Source: Auanema rhodensis
Taxonomy: Eukaryota; Animalia; Nematoda
Reading direction: 5' to 3'
Length of the DNA: 64,000 bases
NCBI GenBank assembly: GCA_964057225.1
Contig: OZ059900.1
Location: forward strand, 21,204,001 to 21,268,000
Every line of letters begins with the position of its first letter. The stretch's first letter is position 1. The notes below the pieces were generated by a model that was not told where the DNA came from, made no database searches, and saw only the letters and a list, made by a program, of their open reading frames with translations. This document shows, piece by piece, positions 38,101 to 53,100 of this stretch. The translations under genes and the position numbers were made by a program.

Positions 38101-41100
38101 GAAAGTGGAGCTAGACGTTGTACAAACAATTTTGAGCTAGGTTTCATTGACATTGTATGAGTTTGAACACATGGAATCGTAAGTCAAAACCTTGTTTACA
38201 GCGAAATTTCCAAAAACTGGTTTTCCAGCATAATAAAATATTTCTCATGGGAAATACTGTGTTTTTGTATTTTTCTAGTGTTCAGCATGTAAAATGCTTC
38301 ATTTTAGTATGTAACACGCTGAAATTCGTTGCATTTGACGACTCATATGAACAAAAATCGATTTAATCAATATTAGCCATAAGGGGCGTGCCCTCAGAAT
38401 ATGCTAATTTCCTTAATTTTCTAACCCCTGTTTTTTTGTCGTGAAAGTGGAACTAGACGTTGTACGAACAATTTTGAGCTAGGTTTCATTGACATTGCAT
38501 GAGTTTGAACACATGAAATCGTAAGTCAAAACCTTGTTTACAGCGAAAATTCCAAAAACTGGTTTTCCAGCATAATAAAATATTTCTCATGGGAAATACT
38601 GTGTTTTTGTATTTTTCTAGTGTTCAGCATGTAAAATACTTCATTTTAGTATGTAACACGCTGAAATTCGTTGCATTTGACGACTCATATGAACAAAAAT
38701 CGATTTAATCAATATTAGCCATAAGGGGCGTGCCCTCAGAATATGCTAATTTCATTAATTTTCTAACCCCTGTTTTTTTGTCGTGAAAGTGGAGCTAGAC
38801 GTTGTACAAACAATTTTGAGCTAGGTTTCATTGACATTGTATGAGTTTGAACACATGGAATCGTAAGTCAAAACCTTGTTTACAGCGAAATTTCCAAAAA
38901 CTGGTTTTCCAGCATAATAAAATATTTCTCATGGGAAATACTGTGTTTTTGTATTTTTCTAGTGTTCAGCATGTAAAATGCTTCATTTTAGTATGTAACA
39001 CGCTGAAATTCGTTGCATTTGACGACTCATATGAACAAAAATCGATTTAATCAATATTAGCCATAAGGGGCGTGCCCTCAGAATATGCTAATTTCCTTAA
39101 TTTTCTAACCCCTGTTTTTTTGTCGTGAAAGTAGAACTAGACGTTGTACGAACAATTTTGAGCTAGGTTTCATTGACATTGCATGAGTTTGAACACATGA
39201 AATCGTAAGTCAAAACCTTGTTTACAGCGAAAATTCCAAAAACTGGTTTTCCAGCATAATAAAATATTTCTCATGGGAAATACTGTGTTTTTGTATTTTT
39301 CTAGTGTTCAGCATGTAAAATACTTCATTTTAGTATGTAACACGCTGAAATTCGTTGCATTTGACGACTCATATGAACAAAAATCGATTTAATCAATATT
39401 AGCCATAAGGGGCGTGCCCTCAGAATATGCTAATTTCCTAAATTTTCTAACCCCTGTTTTTTTGTCGTGAAAGTGGAACTAGACGTTGTACGAACAATTT
39501 TGAGCTAGGTTTCATTGACATTGCATGAGTTTGAACACATGAAATCGTAAGTCAAAACCTTGTTTACAGCGAAATTTCCAAAAACTGGTTTTCCAGCATA
39601 ATAAAATATTTCTCATGGGAAATACTGTGTTTTTGTATTTTTCTAGTGTTCAGCATGTAAAATGCTTCATTTTAGTATGTAACACGCTGAAATTCGTTGC
39701 ATTTGACGACTCATATGAACAAAAATCGATTTAATCAATATTAGCCATAAGGGGCGTGCCCTCAGAATATGCTAATTTCCTTAATTTTCTAACCCCTGTT
39801 TTTTTGTCGTGAAAGTGGAACTAGACGTTGTACGAACAATTTTGAGCTAGGTTTCATTGACATTGCATGAGTTTGAACACATGAAATCGTAAGTCAAAAC
39901 CTTGTTTACAGCGAAAATTCCAAAAACTGGTTTTCCAGCATAATAAAATATTTCTCATGGGAAATACTGTGTTTTTGTATTTTTCTAGTGTTCAGCATGT
40001 AAAATGCTTCATTTTAGTATGTAACACGCTGAAATTCGTTGCATTTGACTACTCATATGAACAAAAATCGATTTAATCAATATTAGCCATAAGGGGCGTG
40101 CCCTCAGAATATGCTAATTTCCTTAATTTTCTAACCCCTGTTTTTTTGTCGTGAAAGTGGAACTAGACGTTGTACAAACAATTTTGAGCTAGGTTTCATT
40201 GACATTGCATGAGTTTGAACACATGAAATCGTAAGTCAAAACCTTGTTTACAGCGAAATTTCCAAAAACTGGTTTTCCAGCATAATAAAATATTTCTCAT
40301 GAGAAATACTGTGTTTTTGTATTTTTCTAGTGTTCAGCATGTAAAATGCTTAATTTTAGTATGTAACACGATGAAATTCGTTGCATTTGACGACTCATAT
40401 GAACAAAAATCGATTTAATCAATATTAGCCATAAGGGGCGTGCCCTCAGAATATGCTAATTTCATTAATTTTCTAACCCCTGTTTTTTTGTCGTGAAAGT
40501 GGAACTAGACGTTGTACAAACAATTTTGAGCTAGGTTTCATTGACATTGCATGAGTTTGAACACATGGAATCGTAAGTCAAAACCTTGTTTACAGCGAAA
40601 TTTCCAAAAACTGGTTTTCCAGCATAATAAAATATTTCTCATGGGAAATACTGTGTTTTTGTATTTTTCTAGTGTTCAGCATGTAAAATACTTCATTTTA
40701 GTATGTAACACGCTGAAATTCGTTGCATTTGACGACTCATATGAACAAAAATCGATTTAATCAATATTAGCCATAAGGGGCGTGCCCTCAGAATATGCTA
40801 ATTTCCTTAATTTTCTAACCCCTGTTTTTTTGTCGTGAAAGTGGAACTAGACGTTGTACGAACAATTTTGAGCTAGGTTTCATTGACATTGCATGAGTTT
40901 GAACACATGAAATCGTAAGTCAAAACCTTGTTTACAGCGAAAATTCCAAAAACTGGTTTTCCAGCATAATAAAATATTTCTCATGGGAAATACTGTGTTT
41001 TTGTATTTTTCTAGTGTTCAGCATGTAAAATGCTTCATTTTAGTATGTAACACGCTGAAATTCGTTGCATTTGACGACTCATATGAACAAAAATCGATTT

Positions 41101-44100
41101 AATCAATATTAGCCATAAGGGGCGTGCCCTCAGAATATGCTAATTTCCTTAATTTTCTAACCCCTGTTTTTTTGTCGTGAAAGTGGAACTAGACGTTGTA
41201 CAAACAATTTTGAGCTAGGTTTCATTGACATTGCATGAGTTTGAACACATGGAATCGTAAGTCAAAACCTTGTTTACAGCGCAATTTCCAAAAACTGGTT
41301 TTCCAGCATAATAAAATATTTCTCATGGGAAATACTGTGTTTTTGTATTTTTCTAGTGTTCAGCATGTAAAATGCTTCATTTTAGTATGTAACACGCTGA
41401 AATTCGTTGCATTTGACGACTCATATGAACAAAAATCGATTTAATCAATATTAGCCATAAGGGGCGTGCCCTCAGAATATGCTAATTTCCTTAATTTTCT
41501 AACCCCTGTTTTTTTGTCGTGAAAGTGGAACTAGACGTTGTACGAACAATTTTGAGCTAGGTTTCATTGACATTGCATGAGTTTGAACACATGAAATCGT
41601 AAGTCAAAACCTTGTTTACAGCGAAAATTCCAAAAACTGGTTTTCCAGCATAATAAAATATTTCTCATGGGAAATACTGTGTTTTTGTATTTTTCTAGTG
41701 TTCAGCATGTAAAATACTTCATTTTAGTATGTAACACGCTGAAATTCGTTGCATTTGACGACTCATATGAACAAAAATCGATTTAATCAATATTAGCCAT
41801 AAGGGGCGTGCCCTCAGAATATGCTAATTTCCTAAATTTTCTAACCCCTGTTTTTTTGTCGTGAAAGTGGAACTAGACGTTGTACGAACAATTTTGAGCT
41901 AGGTTTCATTGACATTGCATGAGTTTGAACACATGAAATCGTAAGTCAAAACCTTGTTTACAGCGAAATTTCCAAAAACTGGTTTTCCAGCATAATAAAA
42001 TATTTCTCATGGGAAATACTGTGTTTTTGTATTTTTCTAGTGTTCAGCATGTAAAATGCTTCATTTTAGTATGTAACACGCTGAAATTCGTTGCATTTGA
42101 CGACTCATATGAACAAAAATCGATTTAATCAATATTAGCCATAAGGGGCGTGCCCTCAGAATATGCTAATTTCCTTAATTTTCTAACCCCTGTTTTTTTG
42201 TCGTGAAAGTGGAACTAGACGTTGTACGAACAATTTTGAGCTAGGTTTCATTGACATTGCATGAGTTTGAACACATGAAATCGTAAGTCAAAACCTTGTT
42301 TACAGCGAAAATTCCAAAAACTGGTTTTCCAGCATAATAAAATATTTCTCATGGGAAATACTGTGTTTTTGTATTTTTCTAGTGTTCAGCATGTAAAATG
42401 CTTCATTTTAGTATGTAACACGCTGAAATTCGTTGCATTTGACTACTCATATGAACAAAAATCGATTTAATCAATATTAGCCATAAGGGGCGTGCCCTCA
42501 GAATATGCTAATTTCCTTAATTTTCTAACCCCTGTTTTTTTGTCGTGAAAGTGGAACTAGACGTTGTACAAACAATTTTGAGCTAGGTTTCATTGACATT
42601 GCATGAGTTTGAACACATGAAATCGTAAGTCAAAACCTTGTTTACAGCGAAATTTCCAAAAACTGGTTTTCCAGCATAATAAAATATTTCTCATGAGAAA
42701 TACTGTGTTTTTGTATTTTTCTAGTGTTCAGCATGTAAAATGCTTAATTTTAGTATGTAACACGATGAAATTCGTTGCATTTGACGACTCATATGAACAA
42801 AAATCGATTTAATCAATATTAGCCATAAGGGGCGTGCCCTCAGAATATGCTAATTTCATTAATTTTCTAACCCCTGTTTTTTTGTCGTGAAAGTGGAACT
42901 AGACGTTGTAGGAACAATTTTGAGCTAGGTTTCATTGACATTGCATGAGTTTGAACACATGAAATCGTAAGTCAAAACCTTGTTTACAGCGAAATTTCCA
43001 AAAACTGGTTTTCCAGCATAATAAAATATTTCTCATGGGAAATACTGTGTTTTTGTATTTTTCTAGTGTTCAGCATGTAAAATGCTTCATTTTAGTATGT
43101 AACACGCTGAAATTCGTTGCATTTGACGACTCATATGAACAAAAATCGATTTAATCAATATTAGCCATAAGGGGCGTGCCCTCAGAATATGCTAATTTCC
43201 TTAATTTTCTAACCCCTGTTTTTTTGTCGTGAAAGTGGAACTAGACGTTGTACGAACAATTTTGAGCTAGGTTTCATTGACATTGCATGAGTTTGAACAC
43301 ATGAAATCGTAAGTCAAAACCTTGTTTACAGCGAAAATTCCAAAAACTGGTTTTCCAGCATAATAAAATATTTCTCATGGGAAATACTGTGTTTTTGTAT
43401 TTTTCTAGTGTTCAGCATGTAAAATACTTCATTTTAGTATGTAACACGCTGAAATTCGTTGCATTTGACGACTCATATGAACAAAAATCGATTTAATCAA
43501 TATTAGCCATAAGGGGCGTGCCCTCAGAATATGCTAATTTCCTAAATTTTCTAACCCCTGTTTTTTTGTCGTTAAAGTGGAACTAGACGTTGTACGAACA
43601 ATTTTGAGCTAGGTTTCATTGACATTGCATGAGTTTGAACACATGAAATCGTAAGTCAAAACCTTGTTTACAGCGAAAATTCCAAAAACTGGTTTTCCAG
43701 CATAATAAAATATTTCTCATGGGAAACACTGTGTTTTTGTATTTTTCTAGTGTTCAGCATGTAAAATGCTTCATTTTAGTATGTAACACGCTGAAATTCG
43801 TTGCATTTGACTACTCATATGAACAAAAATCGATTTAATCAATATTAGCCATAAGGGGCGTGCCCTCAGAATATGCTAATTTCCTTAATTTTCTAACCCC
43901 TGTTTTTTTGTCGTGAAAGTGGAACTAGACGTTGTACAAACAATTTTGAGCTAGGTTTCATTGACATTGCATGAGTTTGAACACATGAAATCGTAAGTCA
44001 AAACCTTGTTTACAGCGAAATTTCCAAAAACTGGTTTTCCAGCATAATAAAATATTTCTCATGAGAAATACTGTGTTTTTGTATTTTTCTAGTGTTCAGC

Positions 44101-47100
44101 ATGTAAAATGCTTCATTTTAGTATGTAACACGATGAAATTCGTTGCATTTGACGACTCATATGAACAAAAATCGATTTAATCAATATTAGCCATAAGGGG
44201 CGTGCCCTCAGAATATGCTAATTTCATTAATTTTCTAACCCCTGTTTTTTTGTCGTGAAAGTGGAACTAGACGTTGTACGAACAATTTTGAGCTAAGTTT
44301 CATTGACATTGCATGAGTTTGAACACATGAAATCGTAAGTCAAAACCTTGTTTACAGCGAAATTTCCAAAAACTGGTTTTCCAGCATAATAAAATATTTC
44401 TCATGGGAAATACTGTGTTTTTGTTTTTTTCTAGTGTTCAGCATGTAAAATGCTTCATTTTAGTATGTAACATGCAGAAATTCGTTGCATTTGACGACTC
44501 ATATGAACAAAAATCGATTTAATCAATATTAGCCATAAGGGGCGTGCCCTCAGAATATGCTAATTTCCTTAATTTTCTAACCCCTGTTTTTTTGTCGTGA
44601 AAGTGGAACTAGACGTTGTAGGAACAATTTTGAGCTAGGTTTCATTGACATTGCATGAGTTTGAACACATGAAATCGTAAGTCAAAACCTTGTTTACAGC
44701 GAAATTTCCAAAAACTGGTTTTCCAGCATAATAAAATATTTCTCATGGGAAATACTGTGTTTTTGTATTTTTCTAGTGTTCAGCATGTAAAATGCTTCAT
44801 TTTAGTATGTAACACGCTGAAATTCGTTGCATTTGACGACTCATATGAACAAAAATCGATTTAATCAATATTAGCCATAAGGGGCGTGCCCTCAGAATAT
44901 GCTAATTTCCTTAATTTTCTAACCCCTGTTTTTTGTCGTGAAAGTGGAACTAGACGTTGTAGGAAAAATTTTGAGCTAGGTTTCATTGACATTGCATGAG
45001 TTTGAACACATGAAATCGTAAGTCAAAACCTTGTTTACAGCGAAATTTCCAAAAACTGGTTTTCCAGCATAATAAAATATTTCTCATGGGAAATACTGTG
45101 TTTTTGTATTTTTCTAGTGTTCAGCATGTGAAATGCTTCATTTTAGTATGTAACACGCTGAAATTCGTTGCATTTGACGACTCATATGAACAAAAATCGA
45201 TTTAATCAATATTAGCCATAAGGGGCGTGCCCTCAGAATATGCTAATTTCCTTAATTTTCTAACCCCTGTTTTTTTGTCGTGAAAGTGGAACTAGACGTT
45301 GTACGAACAATTTTGAGCTAGGTTTCATTGACATTGCATGAGTTTGAACACATGAAATCGTAAGTCAAAACCTTGTTTACAGCGAAATTTCCCAAAACTG
45401 GTTTTCCAGCATAATAAAATATTTCTCATGGGAAATACTGTGTTTTTGTATTTTTCTAGTGTTCAGCATGTAAAATGCTTCATTTTAGTATGTAACACGC
45501 TGAAATTCGTTGCATTTGACGACTCATATGAACAAAAATCGATTTAATCAATATTAGCCATAAGGGGCGTGCCCTCAGAATATGCTAATTTCCTTAATTT
45601 TCTAACCCCTGTTTTTTTGTCGTGAAAGTGGAACTAGACGTTGTACGAACAATTTTGAGCTAGGTTTCATTGACATTGCATGAGTTTGAACACATGAAAT
45701 CGTAAGTCAAAACCTTGTTTCAGCGAAAATTCCAAAAACTGGTTTTCCAGCATAATAAAATATTTCTCATGGGAAATACTGTGTTTTTGTATTTTTCTAG
45801 TGTTCAGCATGTAAAATGCTTCATTTTAGTTTGTAACACGCTGAAATTCGTTGCATTTGACGACTCATATGAACAAAAATCGATTTAATCAATATTAGCC
45901 ATAAGGGGCGTGCCCTCAGAATATGCTAATTTCCTTAATTTTCTAACCCCTGTTTTTTTGTCGTGAAAGTGGAACTAGACGTTGTACGAACAATTTTGAG
46001 CTAGGTTTCATTGACATTGCATGAGTTTGAACACATGAAATCGTAAGTCAAAACCTTGTTTACAGCGAAAATTCCAAAAACTGGTTTTCCAGCATAATAA
46101 AATATTTCTCATGGGAAATACTGTGTTTTTGTATTTTTCTAGTGTTCAGCATGTAAAATACTTCATTTTAGTATGTAACACGCTGAAATTCGTTGCATTT
46201 GACGACTCATATGAACAAAAATCGATTTAATCAATATTAGCCATAAGGGGCGTGCCCTCAGAATATGCTAATTTCCTAAATTTTCTAACCCCTGTTTTTT
46301 TGTCGTGAAAGTGGAACTAGACGTTGTACGAACAATTTTGAGCTAGGTTTCATTGACATTGCATGAGTTTGAACACATGAAATCGTAAGTCAAAACCTTG
46401 TTTACAGCGAAATTTCCAAAAACTGGTTTTCCAGCATAATAAAATATTTCTCATGGGAAATACTGTGTTTTTGTATTTTTCTAGTGTTCAGCATGTAAAA
46501 TACTTCATTTTAGTATGTAACACGCTGAAATTCGTTTCATTTGACGACTCATATGAACAAAAATCGATTTAATCAATATTAGCCATAAGGGGCGTGCCCT
46601 CAGAATATGCTAATTTCCTTAATTTTCTAACCCCTGTTTTTTTGTCGTGAAAGTGGAACTAGACGTTGTACGAACAATTTTGAGCTAGGTTTCATTGACA
46701 TTGCATGAGTTTGAACACATGAAATCGTAAGTCAAAACCTTGTTTACAGCGAAAATTCCAAAAACTGGTTTTCCAGCATAATAAAATATTTCTCATGGGA
46801 AATACTGTGTTTTTGTATTTTTCTAGTGTTCAGCATGTAAAATGCTTCATTTTAGTATGTAACACGCTGAAATTCGTTGCATTTGACGACTCATATGAAC
46901 AAAAATCGATTTAATCAATATTAGCCATAAGGGGCGTGCCCTCAGAATATGCTAATTTCCTTAATTTTCTAACCCCTGTTTTTTTGTCGTGAAAGTGGAG
47001 CTAGACGTTGTACAAACAATTTTGAGCTAGGTTTCATTGACATTGTATGAGTTTGAACACATGGAATCGTAAGTCAAAACCTTGTTTACAGCGAAATTTC

Positions 47101-50100
47101 CAAAAACTGGTTTTCCAGCATAATAAAATATTTCTCATGGGAAATACTGTGTTTTTGTATTTTTCTAGTGTTCAGCATGTAAAATGCTTCATTTTAGTAT
47201 GTAACACGCTGAAATTCGTTGCATTTGACGACTCATATGAACAAAAATCGATTTAATCAATATTAGCCATAAGGGGCGTGCCCTCAGAATATGCTAATTT
47301 CCTTAATTTTCTAACCCCTGTTTTTTTGTCGTGAAAGTGGAACTAGACGTTGTACGAACAATTTTGAGCTAGGTTTCATTGACATTGCATGAGTTTGAAC
47401 ACATGAAATCGTAAGTCAAAACCTTGTTTACAGCGAAAATTCCAAAAACTGGTTTTCCAGCATAATAAAATATTTCTCATGGGAAATACTGTGTTTTTGT
47501 ATTTTTCTAGTGTTCAGCATGTAAAATACTTCATTTTAGTATGTAACACGCTGAAATTCGTTGCATTTGACGACTCATATGAACAAAAATCGATTTAATC
47601 AATATTAGCCATAAGGGGCGTGCCCTCAGAATATGCTAATTTCCTAAATTTTCTAACCCCTGTTTTTTTGTCGTTAAAGTGGAACTAGACGTTGTACGAA
47701 CAATTTTGAGCTAGGTTTCATTGACATTGCATGAGTTTGAACACATGAAATCGTAAGTCAAAACCTTGTTTACAGCGAAAATTCCAAAAACTGGTTTTCC
47801 AGCATAATAAAATATTTCTCATGGGAAACACTGTGTTTTTGTATTTTTCTAGTGTTCAGCATGTAAAATGCTTCATTTTAGTATGTAACACGCTGAAATT
47901 CGTTGCATTTGACTACTCATATGAACAAAAATCGATTTAATCAATATTAGCCATAAGGGGCGTGCCCTCAGAATATGCTAATTTCCTTAATTTTCTAACC
48001 CCTGTTTTTTTGTCGTGAAAGTGGAACTAGACGTTGTACAAACAATTTTGAGCTAGGTTTCATTGACATTGCATGAGTTTGAACACATGAAATCGTAAGT
48101 CAAAACCTTGTTTACAGCGAAATTTCCAAAAACTGGTTTTCCAGCATAATAAAATATTTCTCATGAGAAATACTGTGTTTTTGTATTTTTCTAGTGTTCA
48201 GCATGTAAAATGCTTCATTTTAGTATGTAACACGATGAAATTCGTTGCATTTGACGACTCATATGAACAAAAATCGATTTAATCAATATTAGCCATAAGG
48301 GGCGTGCCCTCAGAATATGCTAATTTCATTAATTTTCTAACCCCTGTTTTTTTGTCGTGAAAGTGGAACTAGACGTTGTAGGAACAATTTTGAGCTAGGT
48401 TTCATTGACATTGCATGAGTTTGAACACATGAAATCGTAAGTCAAAACCTTGTTTACAGCGAAATTTCCAAAAACTGGTTTTCCAGCATAATAAAATATT
48501 TCTCATGGGAAATACTGTGTTTTTGTATTTTTCTAGTGTTCAGCATGTAAAATGCTTCATTTTAGTATGTAACACGCTGAAATTCGTTGCATTTGACGAC
48601 TCATATGAACAAAAATCGATTTAATCAATATTAGCCATAAGGGGCGTGCCCTCAGAATATGCTAATTTCCTTAATTTTCTAACCCCTGTTTTTTGTCGTG
48701 AAAGTGGAACTAGACGTTGTAGGAAAAATTTTGAGCTAGGTTTCATTGACATTGCATGAGTTTGAACACATGAAATCGTAAGTCAAAACCTTGTTTACAG
48801 CGAAATTTCCAAAAACTGGTTTTCCAGCATAATAAAATATTTCTCATGGGAAATACTGTGTTTTTGTATTTTTCTAGTGTTCAGCATGTGAAATGCTTCA
48901 TTTTAGTATGTAACACGCTGAAATTCGTTGCATTTGACGACTCATATGAACAAAAATCGATTTAATCAATATTAGCCATAAGGGGCGTGCCCTCAGAATA
49001 TGCTAATTTCCTTAATTTTCTAACCCCTGTTTTTTTGTCGTGAAAGTGGAACTAGACGTTGTACGAACAATTTTGAGCTAGGTTTCATTGACATTGCATG
49101 AGTTTGAACACATGAAATCGTAAGTCAAAACCTTGTTTCAGCGAAAATTCCAAAAACTGGTTTTCCAGCATAATAAAATATTTCTCATGGGAAATACTGT
49201 GTTTTTGTATTTTTCTAGTGTTCAGCATGTAAAATGCTTCATTTTAGTTTGTAACACGCTGAAATTCGTTGCATTTGACGACTCATATGAACAAAAATCG
49301 ATTTAATCAATATTAGCCATAAGGGGCGTGCCCTCAGAATATGCTAATTTCCTTAATTTTCTAACCCCTGTTTTTTTGTCGTGAAAGTGGAACTAGACGT
49401 TGTAGGAACAATTTTGAGCTAGGTTTCATTGACATTGCATGAGTTTGAACACATGAAATCGTAAGTCAAAACCTTGTTTACAGCGAAAATTCCAAAAACT
49501 GGTTTTCCAGCATAATAAAATATTTCTCATGGGAAATACTGTGTTTTTGTATTTTTCTAGTGTTCAGCATGTAAAATACTTCATTTTAGTATGTAACACG
49601 CTGAAATTCGTTGCATTTGACGACTCATATGAACAAAAATCGATTTAATCAATATTAGCCATAAGGGGCGTGCCCTCAGAATATGCTAATTTCCTAAATT
49701 TTCTAACCCCTGTTTTTTTGTCGTGAAAGTGGAACTAGACGTTGTACGAACAATTTTGAGCTAGGTTTCATTGACATTGCATGAGTTTGAACACATGAAA
49801 TCGTAAGTCAAAACCTTGTTTACAGCGAAATTTCCAAAAACTGGTTTTCCAGCATAATAAAATATTTCTCATGGGAAATACTGTGTTTTTGTATTTTTCT
49901 AGTGTTCAGCATGTAAAATACTTCATTTTAGTATGTAACACGCTGAAATTCGTTGCATTTGACGACTCATATGAACAAAAATCGATTTAATCAATATTAG
50001 CCATAAGGGGCGTGCCCTCAGAATATGCTAATTTCCTTAATTTTCTAACCCCTGTTTTTTTGTCGTGAAAGTGGAACTAGACGTTGTACGAACAATTTTG

Positions 50101-53100
50101 AGCTAGGTTTCATTGACATTGCATGAGTTTGAACACATGAAATCGTAAGTCAAAACCTTGTTTACAGCGAAAATTCCAAAAACTGGTTTTCCAGCATAAT
50201 AAAATATTTCTCATGGGAAATACTGTGTTTTTGTATTTTTCTAGTGTTCAGCATGTAAAATGCTTCATTTTAGTATGTAACACGCTGAAATTCGTTGCAT
50301 TTGACGACTCATATGAACAAAAATCGATTTAATCAATATTAGCCATAAGGGGCGTGCCCTCAGAATATGCTAATTTCCTTAATTTTCTAACCCCTGTTTT
50401 TTTGTCGTGAAAGTGGAGCTAGACGTTGTACAAACAATTTTGAGCTAGGTTTCATTGACATTGTATGAGTTTGAACACATGGAATCGTAAGTCAAAACCT
50501 TGTTTACAGCGAAATTTCCAAAAACTGGTTTTCCAGCATAATAAAATATTTCTCATGGGAAATACTGTGTTTTTGTATTTTTCTAGTGTTCAGCATGTAA
50601 AATGCTTCATTTTAGTATGTAACACGCTGAAATTCGTTGCATTTGACGACTCATATGAACAAAAATCGATTTAATCAATATTAGCCATAAGGGGCGTGCC
50701 CTCAGAATATGCTAATTTCCTTAATTTTCTAACCCCTGTTTTTTTGTCGTGAAAGTGGAACTAGACGTTGTACGAACAATTTTGAGCTAGGTTTCATTGA
50801 CATTGCATGAGTTTGAACACATGAAATCGTAAGTCAAAACCTTGTTTACAGCGAAAATTCCAAAAACTGGTTTTCCAGCATAATAAAATATTTCTCATGG
50901 GAAATACTGTGTTTTTGTATTTTTCTAGTGTTCAGCATGTAAAATACTTCATTTTAGTATGTAACACGCTGAAATTCGTTGCATTTGACGACTCATATGA
51001 ACAAAAATCGATTTAATCAATATTAGCCATAAGGGGCGTGCCCTCAGAATATGCTAATTTCCTAAATTTTCTAACCCCTGTTTTTTTGTCGTGAAAGTGG
51101 AACTAGACGTTGTACGAACAATTTTGAGCTAGGTTTCATTGACATTGCATGAGTTTGAACACATGAAATCGTAAGTCAAAACCTTGTTTACAGCGAAATT
51201 TCCAAAAACTGGTTTTCCAGCATAATAAAATATTTCTCATGGGAAATACTGTGTTTTTGTATTTTTCTAGTGTTCAGCATGTAAAATGCTTCATTTTAGT
51301 ATGTAACACGCTGAAATTCGTTGCATTTGACGACTCATATGAACAAAAATCGATTTAATCAATATTAGCCATAAGGGGCGTGCCCTCAGAATATGCTAAT
51401 TTCCTTAATTTTCTAACCCCTGTTTTTTTGTCGTGAAAGTGGAACTAGACGTTGTACGAACAATTTTGAGCTAGGTTTCATTGACATTGCATGAGTTTGA
51501 ACACATGAAATCGTAAGTCAAAACCTTGTTTACAGCGAAAATTCCAAAAACTGGTTTTCCAGCATAATAAAATATTTCTCATGGGAAATACTGTGTTTTT
51601 GTATTTTTCTAGTGTTCAGCATGTAAAATGCTTCATTTTAGTATGTAACACGCTGAAATTCGTTGCATTTGACTACTCATATGAACAAAAATCGATTTAA
51701 TCAATATTAGCCATAAGGGGCGTGCCCTCAGAATATGCTAATTTCCTTAATTTTCTAACCCCTGTTTTTTTGTCGTGAAAGTGGAACTAGACGTTGTACA
51801 AACAATTTTGAGCTAGGTTTCATTGACATTGCATGAGTTTGAACACATGAAATCGTAAGTCAAAACCTTGTTTACAGCGAAATTTCCAAAAACTGGTTTT
51901 CCAGCATAATAAAATATTTCTCATGAGAAATACTGTGTTTTTGTATTTTTCTAGTGTTCAGCATGTAAAATGCTTAATTTAAGTATGTAACACGATGAAA
52001 TTCGTTGCATTTGACGACTCATATGAACAAAAATCGATTTAATCAATATTAGCCATAAGGGGCGTGCCCTCAGAATATGCTAATTTCATTAATTTTCTAA
52101 CCCCTGTTTTTTTGTCGTGAAAGTGGAACTAGACGTTGTACAAACAATTTTGAGCTAGGTTTCATTGACATTGCATGAGTTTGAACACATGGAATCGTAA
52201 GTCAAAACCTTGTTTACAGCGAAATTTCCAAAAACTGGTTTTCCAGCATAATAAAATATTTCTCATGGGAAATACTGTGTTTTTGTATTTTTCTAGTGTT
52301 CAGCATGTAAAATACTTCATTTTAGTATGTAACACGCTGAAATTCGTTGCATTTGACGACTCATATGAACAAAAATCGATTTAATCAATATTAGCCATAA
52401 GGGGCGTGCCCTCAGAATATGCTAATTTCCTTAATTTTCTAACCCCTGTTTTTTTGTCGTGAAAGTGGAACTAGACGTTGTACGAACAATTTTGAGCTAG
52501 GTTTCATTGACATTGCATGAGTTTGAACACATGAAATCGTAAGTCAAAACCTTGTTTACAGCGAAAATTCCAAAAACTGGTTTTCCAGCATAATAAAATA
52601 TTTCTCATGGGAAATACTGTGTTTTTGTATTTTTCTAGTGTTCAGCATGTAAAATGCTTCATTTTAGTATGTAACACGCTGAAATTCGTTGCATTTGACG
52701 ACTCATATGAACAAAAATCGATTTAATCAATATTAGCCATAAGGGGCGTGCCCTCAGAATATGCTAATTTCCTTAATTTTCTAACCCCTGTTTTTTTGTC
52801 GTGAAAGTGGAACTAGACGTTGTACAAACAATTTTGAGCTAGGTTTCATTGACATTGCATGAGTTTGAACACATGGAATCGTAAGTCAAAACCTTGTTTA
52901 CAGCGAAATTTCCAAAAACTGGTTTTCCAGCATAATAAAATATTTCTCATGGGAAATACTGTGTTTTTGTATTTTTCTAGTGTTCAGCATGTAAAATGCT
53001 TCATTTTAGTATGTAACACGCTGAAATTCGTTGCATTTGACGACTCATATGAACAAAAATCGATTTAATCAATATTAGCCATAAGGGGCGTGCCCTCAGA

